A stretch of 64,000 nt of DNA, taken from contig OZ219802.1 of assembly GCA_964291655.2 (NCBI GenBank), forward strand, positions 1,920,001 through 1,984,000. Direction: 5' to 3'. Origin of the DNA: Chloroflexota bacterium. Its GTDB lineage: Bacteria; Chloroflexota; UBA11872; VXOZ01. Positions 21,125 to 30,931 of this stretch are shown here, in pieces; position 1 is the first letter of the stretch; every line of letters begins with the position of its first letter. The translations under genes and the position numbers were made by a program. A model generated the notes under the pieces. That model was given only the letters and a program-made list of their open reading frames with translations. It did no database searches and was not told where the DNA came from.

Positions 21125-21490
21125 ATGCCTCGAGTAAAACGCGGCGTCACCTCCCATAAACGCCATAAGAAAGTACTGAAGCGCGCCTCAGGCTACTGGG
21201 GCGGCCGCCACCGCCTGTTCAAGACGGCAAATGAAGCAGTAATGCGCGGCATGGCCTTTGCCTACCGCCACCGCCGCACCCGCAAGCGCGAAATGCGCCG
21301 CCTCTGGATCGTGCGCATCAACGCCGCCGCGCGCCAGCACGACCTCTCCTACAGCGCCTTCATGCACGGCCTGCGTGAAGCCAACGTCAACTTGGACCGC
21401 AAGATGCTGGCGGACCTGGCCGTGCGAGACAGCGCGGCCTTTGCCGAACTTGCAAACGTAGCCAAAGGCGCCGTCCCGGCTGCTTCGTAG
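21125..21490 (+). CDS. rplT: 50S ribosomal protein L20
   Basis: MPRVKRGV...GYWG...[11 protein letters not shown]...[10 protein letters not shown]. Confidence 0.99.
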   Translation: MPRVKRGVTSHKRHKKVLKRASGYWGGRHRLFKTANEAVMRGMAFAYRHRRTRKREMRRLWIVRINAAARQHDLSYSAFMHGLREANVNLDRKMLADLAVRDSAAFAELANVAKGAVPAAS

Positions 21491-21624
21491 AGCATCCCGC
21501 GTACGCGCAACCCGATTCGCAGGCAAGCCCTCTTGATTTACCTGCTGTAGCTGCCTACGTCTTCCGCAGCGAGATTGAACATGCAGACTTGGCCGCACCT
21601 ACGCATGCAAGCTCGACCATGCGT

Positions 21625-21960
21625 TCACGCGCTTTGCACCCTGTCTTCTAGTACGAGCTTGATCCACTCGTTGATGCTCATGCCGCTCTGTAGCGCTGTG
21701 GCCGCCACGCGCTGATGCAAGTCCGATCCGAGCCGCAGCGTGAGTTTTCCAGAGAGCGGTTTGCGTGGCTCCACGCCATCTTCCGCGCACGAGGCTAGGT
21801 ACTCCTCGATTGAAATGCGAAACTCGCGTTTCAGTCCTTCTACGTTAGTGGCCTCGAACGTGACGATGGGATAGGGCCCAGCGTTGACGACCTGTCCATG
21901 CAGAAGCCCTACCGAATCGTCATATTCAACCGTGGCGATGTAGCCTTTATATTCCATCAT
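21625..21960 (-). CDS. hicB: HicB family antitoxin (RHH C-terminus)
   Basis: MEYKGYIATVEYD...LHGQV...YLASCAEDGVEPRKPLSGKLTLRL..LH. Confidence 0.9.
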   Translation of the reverse strand: MMEYKGYIATVEYDDSVGLLHGQVVNAGPYPIVTFEATNVEGLKREFRISIEEYLASCAEDGVEPRKPLSGKLTLRLGSDLHQRVAATALQSGMSINEWIKLVLEDRVQSA

Positions 21961-21980
21961 GGCGTCACCCCAATTCGTAG
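21957..21980 (-). pseudogene. Vestigial 3' end of hicA toxin gene
   Basis: Codons LRIGVTP-TGA overlap the hicB ATG (ATGA coupling) and resemble the HicA C-terminus; an in-frame stop lies immediately upstream. Confidence 0.55.
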
Positions 21981-22414
21981 TCAGTCCTTGTGCAGGCGCT
22001 TGTGGTACACTCCCTACCGGGATGGTATAGCATTTCGGAGACTACATGGGAATTCGGTCACTGCTTTACTGGCTAGCCCGGCTGCTCGGCGACGTGAATG
22101 CCGTGCGCAGAGGACGCATCGGGCAACGCATCGCGCGCCGCGTGGCGGGCAAGGCTGCGAGTCGAGCAATGCGCAAGACACTGCGGTAAGCAAGGCCGAC
22201 TTTGCCAGCAACTTGGCAGTCCAACCAGATGCCTACCTGCCGGTGTGCTCTCGCAAAGATTACAGCGCCTTCCGGGAAAGGCGCACTCAGTTCAGTAGCA
22301 TGATAGTCAGGCAAAGCACATGTCTTGCCGTCACTCCCCCCATGCTGGCTCTGGACTCGCTAAGGACTGGGATTCTTCCATCACCTGCAAGTACGGTGAA
22401 GGCACATTCGCCTC

Positions 22415-23044
22415 ATGCGCAGACACCTCGGGTTCCTATCGAACACACGCCGGCAGCGGCCCCTTGCCAGTATTGCCAATCTGATCCTGCTAGGCCTCTG
22501 CGTCAGTGTGCTCGCCTGTGGAGGGGATGAAGAGAGCGACTTGGCTGCTGCCGTAACGCCCACCGCCAATGTGGAAGCTAAGGCCACGCCCGTGCTCCTG
22601 GCTACGCTTACCGCTCCGGCCAAGGCTACGTCAACACCTCCGCCCGCTCCCACAGCTTCTGCTGTTCCGTCACCGATACCCTCCCCTGTGCCTACCGCTA
22701 TCCCATCACCAATACCCTCTCCATCTCCCGTGCCTACCGCTATCCCGTCGCCAATATCCACACCTTCCCCAGTCCCCACCGCCATGCCGTCACCATTACC
22801 TTCGCCTTCTCCCGCGCCTACTTCAATCCCGCTGCCTGCTGCAACTCCTTCGCCACTACCGGCTCCTACGGCAATGCCGCAGGGTGACTTCGACGCGCAA
22901 CAATACGTTGGCAAAGGAGATGCATTCAACTGCGGCGACTTCGAGTATCAGTGGCAGGCCCAGGCAGTGCTGGAAGCGGACAAGTCAGACCCAAACCGAC
23001 TGGATAGAGACAAAGACGGCACCGCCTGCGAGAGCCTCAAGTAG
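22415..23044 (+). CDS. Pro/Thr-rich lipoprotein with C-terminal Excalibur-like Ca-binding domain
   Basis: VLAC lipobox, PSPVPTAIPSPI repeats, NCGDF...DPNRLDRDKDGTACE. Confidence 0.85.
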   Translation: MRRHLGFLSNTRRQRPLASIANLILLGLCVSVLACGGDEESDLAAAVTPTANVEAKATPVLLATLTAPAKATSTPPPAPTASAVPSPIPSPVPTAIPSPIPSPSPVPTAIPSPISTPSPVPTAMPSPLPSPSPAPTSIPLPAATPSPLPAPTAMPQGDFDAQQYVGKGDAFNCGDFEYQWQAQAVLEADKSDPNRLDRDKDGTACESLK

Positions 23045-23198
23045 GGCGAGTTACAGATTTGCCTTAGCCTAGAGTGCGAATTTCACTTAAGTGGTCGCAG
23101 CATCGGCGGGAGAAGGATTTAGAAGCAAATCGAATTGACGATTGAGTCATACGGTATGATGTATGTATGCCGCAATGTGTGCCATTCAGAGGTGTGAT

Positions 23199-23921
23199 AT
23201 GTCGACAAGAAACGATGTCGTCACATTAAAGCTAGATGGAGTAGTGTCATTCCCAGACTTCGCCAGGGCCATTAGCGAACTTAACGAATTGCTGAAGTCC
23301 CTTAGTTCTGAGATTACGGGCAGTGCTGTTTCAGTAGAGTGGAAAGTTATCGAGCTTTCCGCTTCAAGTGCGGCAACTACTTTACAAGGAACTTCCGATG
23401 ACCCAAAGGACGTTCCGTCGCTAATGGCCGCCTACTCCATCGTCGGCCAAGCATTAGAAGATCACTCTGAGATTCCATACTCCGAGGATATCCGCAGACA
23501 TGCTCTTTCAATTGCATCTCTAGTCAATGGCGAGATAACTGCTGTTCACTTCAGCACACCAAGGGCACAGCATATTGTCCGCGAGCCTCCCAAACGGGAA
23601 CAGAAACCAGAAACCGTAGATGCGTTTGGGGCGATAGAAGGACGGATACGGACGCTTTCCGACCGTCAGAACCTCAAATTCACGCTGTATGAGAATCTAT
23701 TTGACGCCCCCGTCATCTGTTACCTTTCTCTTGAAAACGCCGATGAGGCTGCGCGGCTTTGGCGAAAGCAAGTACTTGTCGAGGGGATGATTCGGCGCGA
23801 CCCGAAGACCGGCATTCCGACCCAAATCAGGAGCATCCGAACAATCAATGAGATACCTTCTACTGCTCCTGGCTCTTACCGAGAGGCGCGGGGAGTTTTG
23901 CGAAACGTCGCGAATTCTTAG
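23199..23921 (+). CDS. Hypothetical protein with probable C-terminal OB-fold; partner of the PIN gene
   Basis: Long AT-richer ORF with GAGGTG RBS before ATG 23199. C-terminal IEGRIRTL...VICYL...VLVEGMIRR pattern suggests an OB-like barrel (inference). Confidence 0.75.
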   Translation: MSTRNDVVTLKLDGVVSFPDFARAISELNELLKSLSSEITGSAVSVEWKVIELSASSAATTLQGTSDDPKDVPSLMAAYSIVGQALEDHSEIPYSEDIRRHALSIASLVNGEITAVHFSTPRAQHIVREPPKREQKPETVDAFGAIEGRIRTLSDRQNLKFTLYENLFDAPVICYLSLENADEAARLWRKQVLVEGMIRRDPKTGIPTQIRSIRTINEIPSTAPGSYREARGVLRNVANS

Positions 23922-23929
23922 GGGGCGCA

Positions 23930-24412
23930 ATGCCAGATCTTCCAATCTATATATACTGGGACGCCAACTGTTTCTTGCATTACATCAATGACACGCCAGA
24001 GTACATAAACACGCTACAGGGGATTTTGAGCGAGGTAGAGCAGAGCGAGGGGAAGCGCAAGATTGTCACTTCCATTTTGTCATTAGTAGAGGTGGCACAC
24101 TCGGGCCAAGAACTTATCGACCGAACGCTCGACGAGTCGGCACTTAACAATATTGATAAGCTCTTCTATGACAGCAGCGTGGTGTTGCTTGTAGAGTTTA
24201 CGCCGTTCATCGCGAAACAGGCCCGCGGAATAATGAGAATTGGTTTGGAGGAAAGCCTTAAGCGAGATCCACGCGACTGCATACATCTTGCGACCGCTAA
24301 GTACATGAAAGTGTGTGAGGCCCACACTTATGACAAAGCGCTTTGGGCCTATTCAGACCATCTTGGGATCAAAGTTTGCGAGCCGCGTGTCCAGAATCCA
24401 CGCCTCTTCTAA
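23930..24412 (+). CDS. PIN domain ribonuclease (VapC-like)
   Basis: IYWDANCFL, TSILSLVEV, DCIHLATA, HTYDKAL acidic tetrad. Confidence 0.92.
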   Translation: MPDLPIYIYWDANCFLHYINDTPEYINTLQGILSEVEQSEGKRKIVTSILSLVEVAHSGQELIDRTLDESALNNIDKLFYDSSVVLLVEFTPFIAKQARGIMRIGLEESLKRDPRDCIHLATAKYMKVCEAHTYDKALWAYSDHLGIKVCEPRVQNPRLF

Positions 24413-24433
24413 GTCAGGAATGCGACAACACCC

Positions 24434-25750
24434 CTAACTTGCCGTATCGCGCTTCTGAACCGTCTTTAGTGCCGCCCGGGCGCGGTCGAGAATCTCGCCT
24501 ATGTCCTCATCGCTGTGGGCGAGCGAGAAGTAGAGCTTCTCACCCGGATTCGTAAGGATACCGGAGCGGAGCAGCTCTTGGGCGAATGCGATGCGCTTGG
24601 TATTGTCGGTCTGCAGGCAGTCGCGGTAGCTGCGCAATTCCCCTTCGCCGAAGAAGACCTGCAGCAGCGGCCCTGCGCCGATGGCTTGCAGCGGCTCACC
24701 AAACTCCCTGCCGAGCGCTTCCAGCCCTTCGCGCACTGTATCGCCAATCGCGTGCAGACGCGCAAAGCTGCCTTCTTCCTGCAGCACGCTCAGGGTTGCC
24801 AGGCCGGCCACGGCGCTCAGGGGATTGCCGCTGAACGTGCCGCCCATCCAGACGTAGCGCGGCGTGCCACGGATAGCCGACGAGACCACCTCCATGATTG
24901 CGGCGGGTCCGGCCACCGCGGCCTGCGGATAGCCGCCGCCCAGCGCCTTGCCGAGCACTGCCAGATCCGGCTCCACGCCGTAGTATTCCTGCGCGCCGCC
25001 CCAGGCCAAGCGAAAGCCGGTGACGATTTCGTCGAAGATCAGCAGCGCCCCGACTTCGTGTGCCAGGTCGCGCACGGCGGCCAGGAAGCCCGGCTCCGGA
25101 TTGAGCGCCCGCTGGAGCGGTTCCATGATGATGGCTGCCAGGTCGTCACCGTGTTGGTGCACCAGCTCGCGGGTCAGGTCGAGGTTGTTGAACTCCGAAA
25201 TCAACACCTGCTCTTGCACCTGCGCCGGGATGCCGCTGCTGTCCGGAATGCCGTGGGGATAGTCGCTGGTGCGGGGCGGCGCGGTGCTCAGGGTGGCGTA
25301 ATCATTGCCGCCGTGGAGCGCGCCTTCGAATTTGAGCACCTTGTTGCGGCCGGTATAGGCCCGGGCGATGCGCACCGCGTAGAAGGTGGCCTCCGTGCCG
25401 GTGCTTACGAAGCGGATCTGCTCGGCGCACGGCACGGCAGCGACTACTTGCTCGGCAAGCCGAATTGCCGGTTCGTTCAGGAGAAAGTACGTCGCGCCCT
25501 GCGCGACCTGTGCCTGCACCGCCGCCACCACCGCCGGATGGGCGTGCCCGATGAGCACGGGCCCCGATCCCAGGATGCAGTCGATGTACTCGCGTCCGGT
25601 CATGTCCCACACGTGGCTGCCGCGCCCGTGGGTGACCACAATCTGATATTCGTCCGGCAGCCGCCACAAGCCGGAACTGCCGCCTGGAAAGTGCTGCCGG
25701 CTGGACGCCAAGAGTTCCTGCTGTGTTGCCGCCATTGACAAAGGGTTCAT
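24434..25750 (-). CDS. Class III aminotransferase (glutamate-1-semialdehyde aminomutase-like)
   Basis: STGTEAT, FEGALHG, LIFDEIVTGFR, GKALGGG, GGTFSGNP. Confidence 0.92.
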   Translation of the reverse strand: MNPLSMAATQQELLASSRQHFPGGSSGLWRLPDEYQIVVTHGRGSHVWDMTGREYIDCILGSGPVLIGHAHPAVVAAVQAQVAQGATYFLLNEPAIRLAEQVVAAVPCAEQIRFVSTGTEATFYAVRIARAYTGRNKVLKFEGALHGGNDYATLSTAPPRTSDYPHGIPDSSGIPAQVQEQVLISEFNNLDLTRELVHQHGDDLAAIIMEPLQRALNPEPGFLAAVRDLAHEVGALLIFDEIVTGFRLAWGGAQEYYGVEPDLAVLGKALGGGYPQAAVAGPAAIMEVVSSAIRGTPRYVWMGGTFSGNPLSAVAGLATLSVLQEEGSFARLHAIGDTVREGLEALGREFGEPLQAIGAGPLLQVFFGEGELRSYRDCLQTDNTKRIAFAQELLRSGILTNPGEKLYFSLAHSDEDIGEILDRARAALKTVQKRDTAS

Positions 25751-26170
25751 GTTATTGCTTCCTTACGCGAATTATTGCAGACGCTGAGTGCCTATCACAT
25801 GTGTGGATTCCGGCGCAGGCATCGGCTACTTGCACCGGATTGGTGGGGCTGCACACCAATCGCAACCCTCCGGTCGCAGGCTTGCGCCTGGGCCTTGCGC
25901 AAAGTATCTTACCATGCCGCCAATTGACTCCGGTCTCTGCCCCAAGGAGAGCTATGTCCAAACGCTGGATTTGGGGCGTGGATTGGGTGTATGGCAGAGT
26001 TTCGCCCTCACCCCGGCCCTCTCCCCCCGGGAGAGGGAGAAAGAATCTGTGCCCTTGGATGAGGTTTCGAATTGGTCTGCACAAGCGTCGCTAATGGGTG
26101 TGGTGCGAATGGGTTTCTCGACACGTCTGCGGACCCTGACTCCGCGGACGGCAAGAGGCCCAAGACTATG

Positions 26171-27214
26171 CTACGCAAGCACCTCGTCAGCGTGAGCGAA
26201 GAGCGAGGGAATGCCGCCCGTGTGCACGAAGACGACGCGCTCGCCTGGCTTGAAGGTGCCGTTCCGCACCAGGTCGATGAGGCCGGACATGGCCTTGCCG
26301 GTGTACGTGAGGTCGAGCAGGATGCCTTCGGTGCGCGCCACGGTGTGCACCGCCTCGCGGCCCGCGGCGGTGGTAATGCCGTGTCCGGCGCCGAAGTACT
26401 CTTCGCGTACGTCCACTTCATCAGCAGTTAAAGCGCAGGGGATGCCGTAGTAGTGCGCGGCGGTTTGGGAGAGGGCGGCAATGCGCTCGCGCTGCGGCGG
26501 ATTCTGCGGGCGGATGGAGATGCCAGTGACGTGGTAGGGCAAACCCAACGCCTTCACCGTGGCGGCAATGCCGGTGTGGGTGGAGCCGGAACCGGAGGTG
26601 ACGACAATTGTCGTCGGCTGCTCCGGCAGGTGCTGCAATTGCTCGTGCAGCTCCAGCATGCCGCTCAAGTAGCCCACCACGGACTTGACGGCAAGTTCGG
26701 GATACTTGTTCGTGAAGCGGTAGGGCCGCCTGCCCTGGGCCTTGAGCGATTTCACGCGCTCGTCGATGATGGCCTGCACGCCCACGTCGTCGGCATCGGG
26801 CGCGACCTCCACGTGCGCGCCGAAGAGGTGGTCGAGGAGCAGGTTGCCCTGCACGTCCGCCCGGTGCTTTAGCGCTCCCAGAACGAGGAAACACTCCATC
26901 CCTAGTTTCGCCGCGGCCGCCGCGGTCTGGCGGCACTGGTTCGATTGCGGATACGCGCCGGTAATGATGCAGTCCGCGCCCTGGGCGATGGCTTCACCAA
27001 ACAGAAATTCCAGGTTGCGCGTCTTGTTGCCGCCCAGCGCCAGGCCGGTCAGGTCGTCGCGCTTGATGGAGATGTCGGAACCGCCCAGGTGCGCCGTGAG
27101 GCGTGGGCAATTGTCGAGCGGCGTGGGTACATGCGCCAACTGAGCGCGCGGAAGAGCAGCCAGCATCTCGCGAAAGGTCTCCGTCGTGATCGTCGGCTGT
27201 TCCGGAATAGCCAC
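26171..27214 (-). CDS. D-cysteine desulfhydrase / ACC deaminase family PLP enzyme
   Basis: PTPL, IKRDDLTGLALGGNKTR, QSNQCR, LDLTYTGKAM, HTGG. GTG start chosen by AAGGAGG. Confidence 0.92.
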   Translation of the reverse strand: MAIPEQPTITTETFREMLAALPRAQLAHVPTPLDNCPRLTAHLGGSDISIKRDDLTGLALGGNKTRNLEFLFGEAIAQGADCIITGAYPQSNQCRQTAAAAAKLGMECFLVLGALKHRADVQGNLLLDHLFGAHVEVAPDADDVGVQAIIDERVKSLKAQGRRPYRFTNKYPELAVKSVVGYLSGMLELHEQLQHLPEQPTTIVVTSGSGSTHTGIAATVKALGLPYHVTGISIRPQNPPQRERIAALSQTAAHYYGIPCALTADEVDVREEYFGAGHGITTAAGREAVHTVARTEGILLDLTYTGKAMSGLIDLVRNGTFKPGERVVFVHTGGIPSLFAHADEVLA

Positions 27215-27837
27215 TGAATGCTGCCTCCTTGGGCATTTCGCAACCCTCATTACCGCTTGAGTACTCAACGCACCGCTACTGAGAGTGAGATCCCCGCTCT
27301 CAGTGGTGCCCCGTTTCGGCGTGCGGGGCAGGCATTGTGCCGTTGTAAGGAATACGCCGGCTTCGTCGTAGATGTGGAATTTGGCAGGAGCGGTGAGAGT
27401 CTCCCCTCACCCCAACCCTCTCCCCAGGGAGAGGGAGCAAACCGCGCGCCTTGGGCCCGAGGGGTAGGAGCACTTCGCGTGCCTTTGGCCCGGGGAGTGG
27501 GAGCATACCGTGCGCCAATCAGGCCACTAAATAGGAGTCGCTATGCGCCCTTGGCTCTACCCCGCAAAGCCTGTTCCGTACCTTGATAGGGAGTCTCCCC
27601 AGGGCATGGGGGTCTTCTTGCCTGCCGACCTTTCTTGTGCAAAGCATGCGGGGTATGCAAAACGGGCTCTCCGCTCGGAATTGTCTAGAGTCTGACCCGT
27701 ACTTGAAGCGGAGGGAGGGATATTCCCTGCCAAGACAACCTACACCGGCCCGCTTGACGGAAATTTGCTCCGCTTGCCTCGCGCCGCCAAATTCGAACTT
27801 CAGCTTTCGCGGCACGTAGGGGCGTTAGCGTCGCTGC

Positions 27838-28305
27838 TCACGTAGTAGTGTTCACGGCGACAGCTTGAAGTTCGGCTTCGATCTGCTCCAGCCGTTCCCG
27901 TACGCGCAGGGAACGCTCGTCAAATTGGTCGCGCATTTCAGCCACCTGGCGCATGCGCCCATCCAGCACTTCGACCTGTTGCTCCAGAATTTCCAAACCC
28001 TTCCGCAAGGAATCCCGCTTGGTTTCCAGGTCGGACGCCTGCTTGCTTTCTTGCCGCAGCAGCTTGAGCGACTCCATCGCCTCCACCACCTGTTTGATTT
28101 CGCGCAATGAAAAGCCCAGCAGGCGCTTGAGCTGCACGATATTCTCCAGGCGGTCAATATCCGCAGCCGAATAGAGGCGGAAGCCGCCTTCCATGCGAGA
28201 GGGCGGCGCGAGCAAACCGATTTCTTCGTAATACCGCAGCGTGCGTGGTGTAAGGCTCAGTTGCTCGGCTACCTCGCCGATTTGAAGATAGCGTTCAGCA
28301 GACAT
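27838..28305 (-). CDS. MerR family transcriptional regulator
   Basis: IGEVAEQLSLTPRTLRYYEEIGLL..GGFRLYS..LGFSLREIK. Confidence 0.95.
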   Translation of the reverse strand: MSAERYLQIGEVAEQLSLTPRTLRYYEEIGLLAPPSRMEGGFRLYSAADIDRLENIVQLKRLLGFSLREIKQVVEAMESLKLLRQESKQASDLETKRDSLRKGLEILEQQVEVLDGRMRQVAEMRDQFDERSLRVRERLEQIEAELQAVAVNTTT

Positions 28306-28415
28306 AGCAGTCCCCCAGCAGTTCCCCCGAACATGCGCACCATTCTCTGTTCGCACCGTATACCGTTACAGGCACGCCTTAATCATAGGGGGCAGTTTCC
28401 GTTAAAGTCAACGAC

Positions 28416-29237
28416 TTAGCTGTCCAGTCCTCCCTGGTTGCGGAAAGGCTGCGGCAGGCGTTGCAGCGACCCGTCCAAGAAGCGTGCAACCAAAGGATCG
28501 CTGCCGTGCAAATAGACCGGCCAGACTCTGAAGAAGTTGCCGCCGAGCAGCGCCGCGTCGCCGGCCGCGATCTGGTAGACCAACGCCCGCCGCGGCGTAT
28601 CGCTGTTATTGGGATGGGTGTAGTGCAGCAGATTGCCGTGGTGAATGGTCATGCTCCCGGCAGGTCCTTCCAAGTCGAACAGGTTGCCGTTGGCAACGTC
28701 GGGGGCGTAATCGTCGGCGGTGGAGCAGTGCCCCAGGAACGCGCCGTCCGCGTCGTGGTGACTCACCGGGCCGCGCGTGTGGCTGCCGGGGATGGCCTGC
28801 AACGCGCCGTTCCGCACCGTCGTGTCGTCCAGCAAGAAGGTTACCGCCAGCACGTCGTAATTGGTGAGTGGGTGAAAGGGGTAGTCCTGGTGCCAGTCCA
28901 CGGCGCCCTCACCTTTGGCGATGGGCTTCCAGTGGACCCGCGCCTGAATCAAATGCAGGTTCTCGCCGATGAGCTGCACGGAGGCTCCCACAAGCGCGGG
29001 ATGGTGCGCGGCCTCCATGAAGGCATCCTGCAAGAAGATCACGTCGTGAATAGCAACGGTGCGTTCCTTGCCGCCGCGTCGGAGCCGTTCCTCGTCCAGC
29101 GCGTCGGCGGCTGCCCGCAGCCCGGCGAGCTCCTGCGTCGACAGCACGTTGGGGAGAATCAGAAAACCGTTCTCGTGATAGGACGCGAGCTGCTCGTCGC
29201 TCAGGACCGGTTGGGCAGGGGCCGCCCGATTCGCCAT
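28416..29237 (-). CDS. Phytanoyl-CoA dioxygenase family protein
   Basis: YHENGFL, WHQD, NGALQAIPGSH, HHGNLLH..N..RR. Confidence 0.92.
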   Translation of the reverse strand: MANRAAPAQPVLSDEQLASYHENGFLILPNVLSTQELAGLRAAADALDEERLRRGGKERTVAIHDVIFLQDAFMEAAHHPALVGASVQLIGENLHLIQARVHWKPIAKGEGAVDWHQDYPFHPLTNYDVLAVTFLLDDTTVRNGALQAIPGSHTRGPVSHHDADGAFLGHCSTADDYAPDVANGNLFDLEGPAGSMTIHHGNLLHYTHPNNSDTPRRALVYQIAAGDAALLGGNFFRVWPVYLHGSDPLVARFLDGSLQRLPQPFRNQGGLDS

Positions 29238-29362
29238 AGTGCCGTCCTCCTTCTCGCGTAGTATTGCGGGGGCAAATGCATCTGTCAAGCCGGCTCGCTG
29301 CCGTGCACGGAATCGGCTTTGGTATACTGAGAAAAAGACGCGGCAGTGAAGGATAGCGCCCT

Positions 29363-29659
29363 ATGGCAGAGACGGAGTTGATTACACTGCGGCTCTTCGC
29401 GGTCTTTCGCGAAGCCCTGGGCAGTAGCACGCTGCAACAAGAAGTGCCCGCCGGGACGACGGTTGGCCAGGTGCTGGCCCGGCTCATTGACGAGTACCCG
29501 GCGTTGAGGGGCGCAGAAGCAGCCGTGTCTTTCTCCGTCAACCGCACGTACGCCTCGGCGGAAACGGTACTACACGCCGGTGATGAGGTAGCTTTCATCC
29601 CGCCGGTAAGCGGTGGAGACACTTGCCTGTCTTGGACACTCTCGCTTACCCCGGAATAG
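29363..29659 (+). CDS. moaD: Molybdopterin synthase sulfur carrier with a 13-aa extension after the Gly-Gly motif
   Basis: LRLFAVFREALG...SVN...GDEVAFIPPVSGG followed by DTCLSWTLSLTPE. Confidence 0.88.
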   Translation: MAETELITLRLFAVFREALGSSTLQQEVPAGTTVGQVLARLIDEYPALRGAEAAVSFSVNRTYASAETVLHAGDEVAFIPPVSGGDTCLSWTLSLTPE

Positions 29660-29720
29660 AAGCAAGAAGACTCCCTCTCCCTAAGAAGACCACTGCATTG
29701 ACCTTGGCGAGGCGGGAAAG

Positions 29721-29850
29721 TTCCCTCTCCCGGCAGAGACCTTTGCATTACCCTTGCCGGGTCGGATAGGTCCCCTCTCCCGGAGAGACCCTTGCGTTAC
29801 CCTTGCAGGGTCGGATAAGTCCCCTCTCCCGGCGGAGACCTTTGCGCAAC
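29721..29850. repeat. Three units of about 49 bp: CCCTCTCCCGG-GAGACCTTTGC...
   Basis: Direct repeats of a palindrome arm joined to an IS5/IS1182-like terminal motif. Confidence 0.75.
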
Positions 29851-30024
29851 TCAAGCGGTAGCGATATAGTTCCCTCTCCCTCGACGGGAGAGGGCTAGGG
29901 TGAGGGTGGATCTCCTGAAGTCTCTCCATATGCACACCAAATCTGCCCTGCTACGGCTTGACACTGCCCAGCGTAAAGGGCCATCGTAGCAACAAGACCC
30001 CCCTCACCCTGGCGCACTCCCCAG

Positions 30025-30214
30025 GAGGCCGTCTCATAAACGCATCGCTCCGTGTAGACTTGCCCTTCGACCCTTCGACAGGCTCAGGGCGAACGTAACA
30101 GGCAACAATCCGTTCGTGCTGAGGGCTTCGCGCAGCAGGCTACGCGAAGCCTGCTGCGCGAAGCCCTTGTCGAAGCACGATTTAGCTTATCAAATCGACT
30201 TATGAGACAGCCTC
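30025..30214. mobile_element. MITE family C (GAGGCCGTCTCATAA / TTATGAGACAGCCTC TIRs, IS5/IS1182-like)
   Basis: 15-bp TIRs with CCAG duplication in the loop of a CCCTCACC palindrome; second copy at 45589-45789. Confidence 0.85.
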
Positions 30215-30463
30215 CCAGGGAAAGGGAGTAGCTCTTGCGCCTCCGGCCGGGGTTACGCAGAGGTCCCCGGCGGGAGAGGGCTAGAGCCTGCCCCCTACTC
30301 GATACAGCGTATCGACACGATACGGGGGTGAAGGGGGATTATCTGCAGCCCAGGCACGTATCTCTTCTCAAGGCTCTTTTCACTGCATTGGCGCACTTCA
30401 GTACAGGTCTTGCGGGTAGAATGGACAGGACTAGCAGAAATCCCCTCACCCCGGCCCTCTCCC

Positions 30464-30751
30464 TGTACAGACCGGGGACATAGGTAACAGTTGTTCGGGG
30501 ACATGGGTTACACATTTTACTGATTGACACCTACGAGAGCATTGGGTTGGTCCGGGTTTGATAAGAGACTGGCGACACAGTGCACTCACTTTCAGCCTGT
30601 CAGCTTGTGCCAGAGAAACAAACTGTGTGCATAAGGATATTGAGCGGATCTAACTTTCAAGGCAAGGACATCGCATACTACGAAAATCCCCTCGTTCTAT
30701 GGTGTAACCTATGTGCCCGAACATGTGTAACCCATGTACCCGGTCTATACA
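30464..30751 (+). mobile_element. MITE family A, 288 bp, between moaD and moaE
   Basis: Reads identical to 20748-21035; 5-bp duplication CTCCC. Confidence 0.93.
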
Positions 30752-30931
30752 CTCCCCAAGGAGAGGGAGAATTTCTCGCGCCGTTGGCCAACCTTAAGCC
30801 GTTGGCCAACGTTTCAATGAAGTCGCCTGGGGAGTAGGATTGGGTAAGAGGTGAATCCTTGTCGATGCTGCCTGTCCCGCCAGCTTGACGGAATTGCGCA
30901 CAGGCCACATATTTTTGGGAGAAGCTAACTA

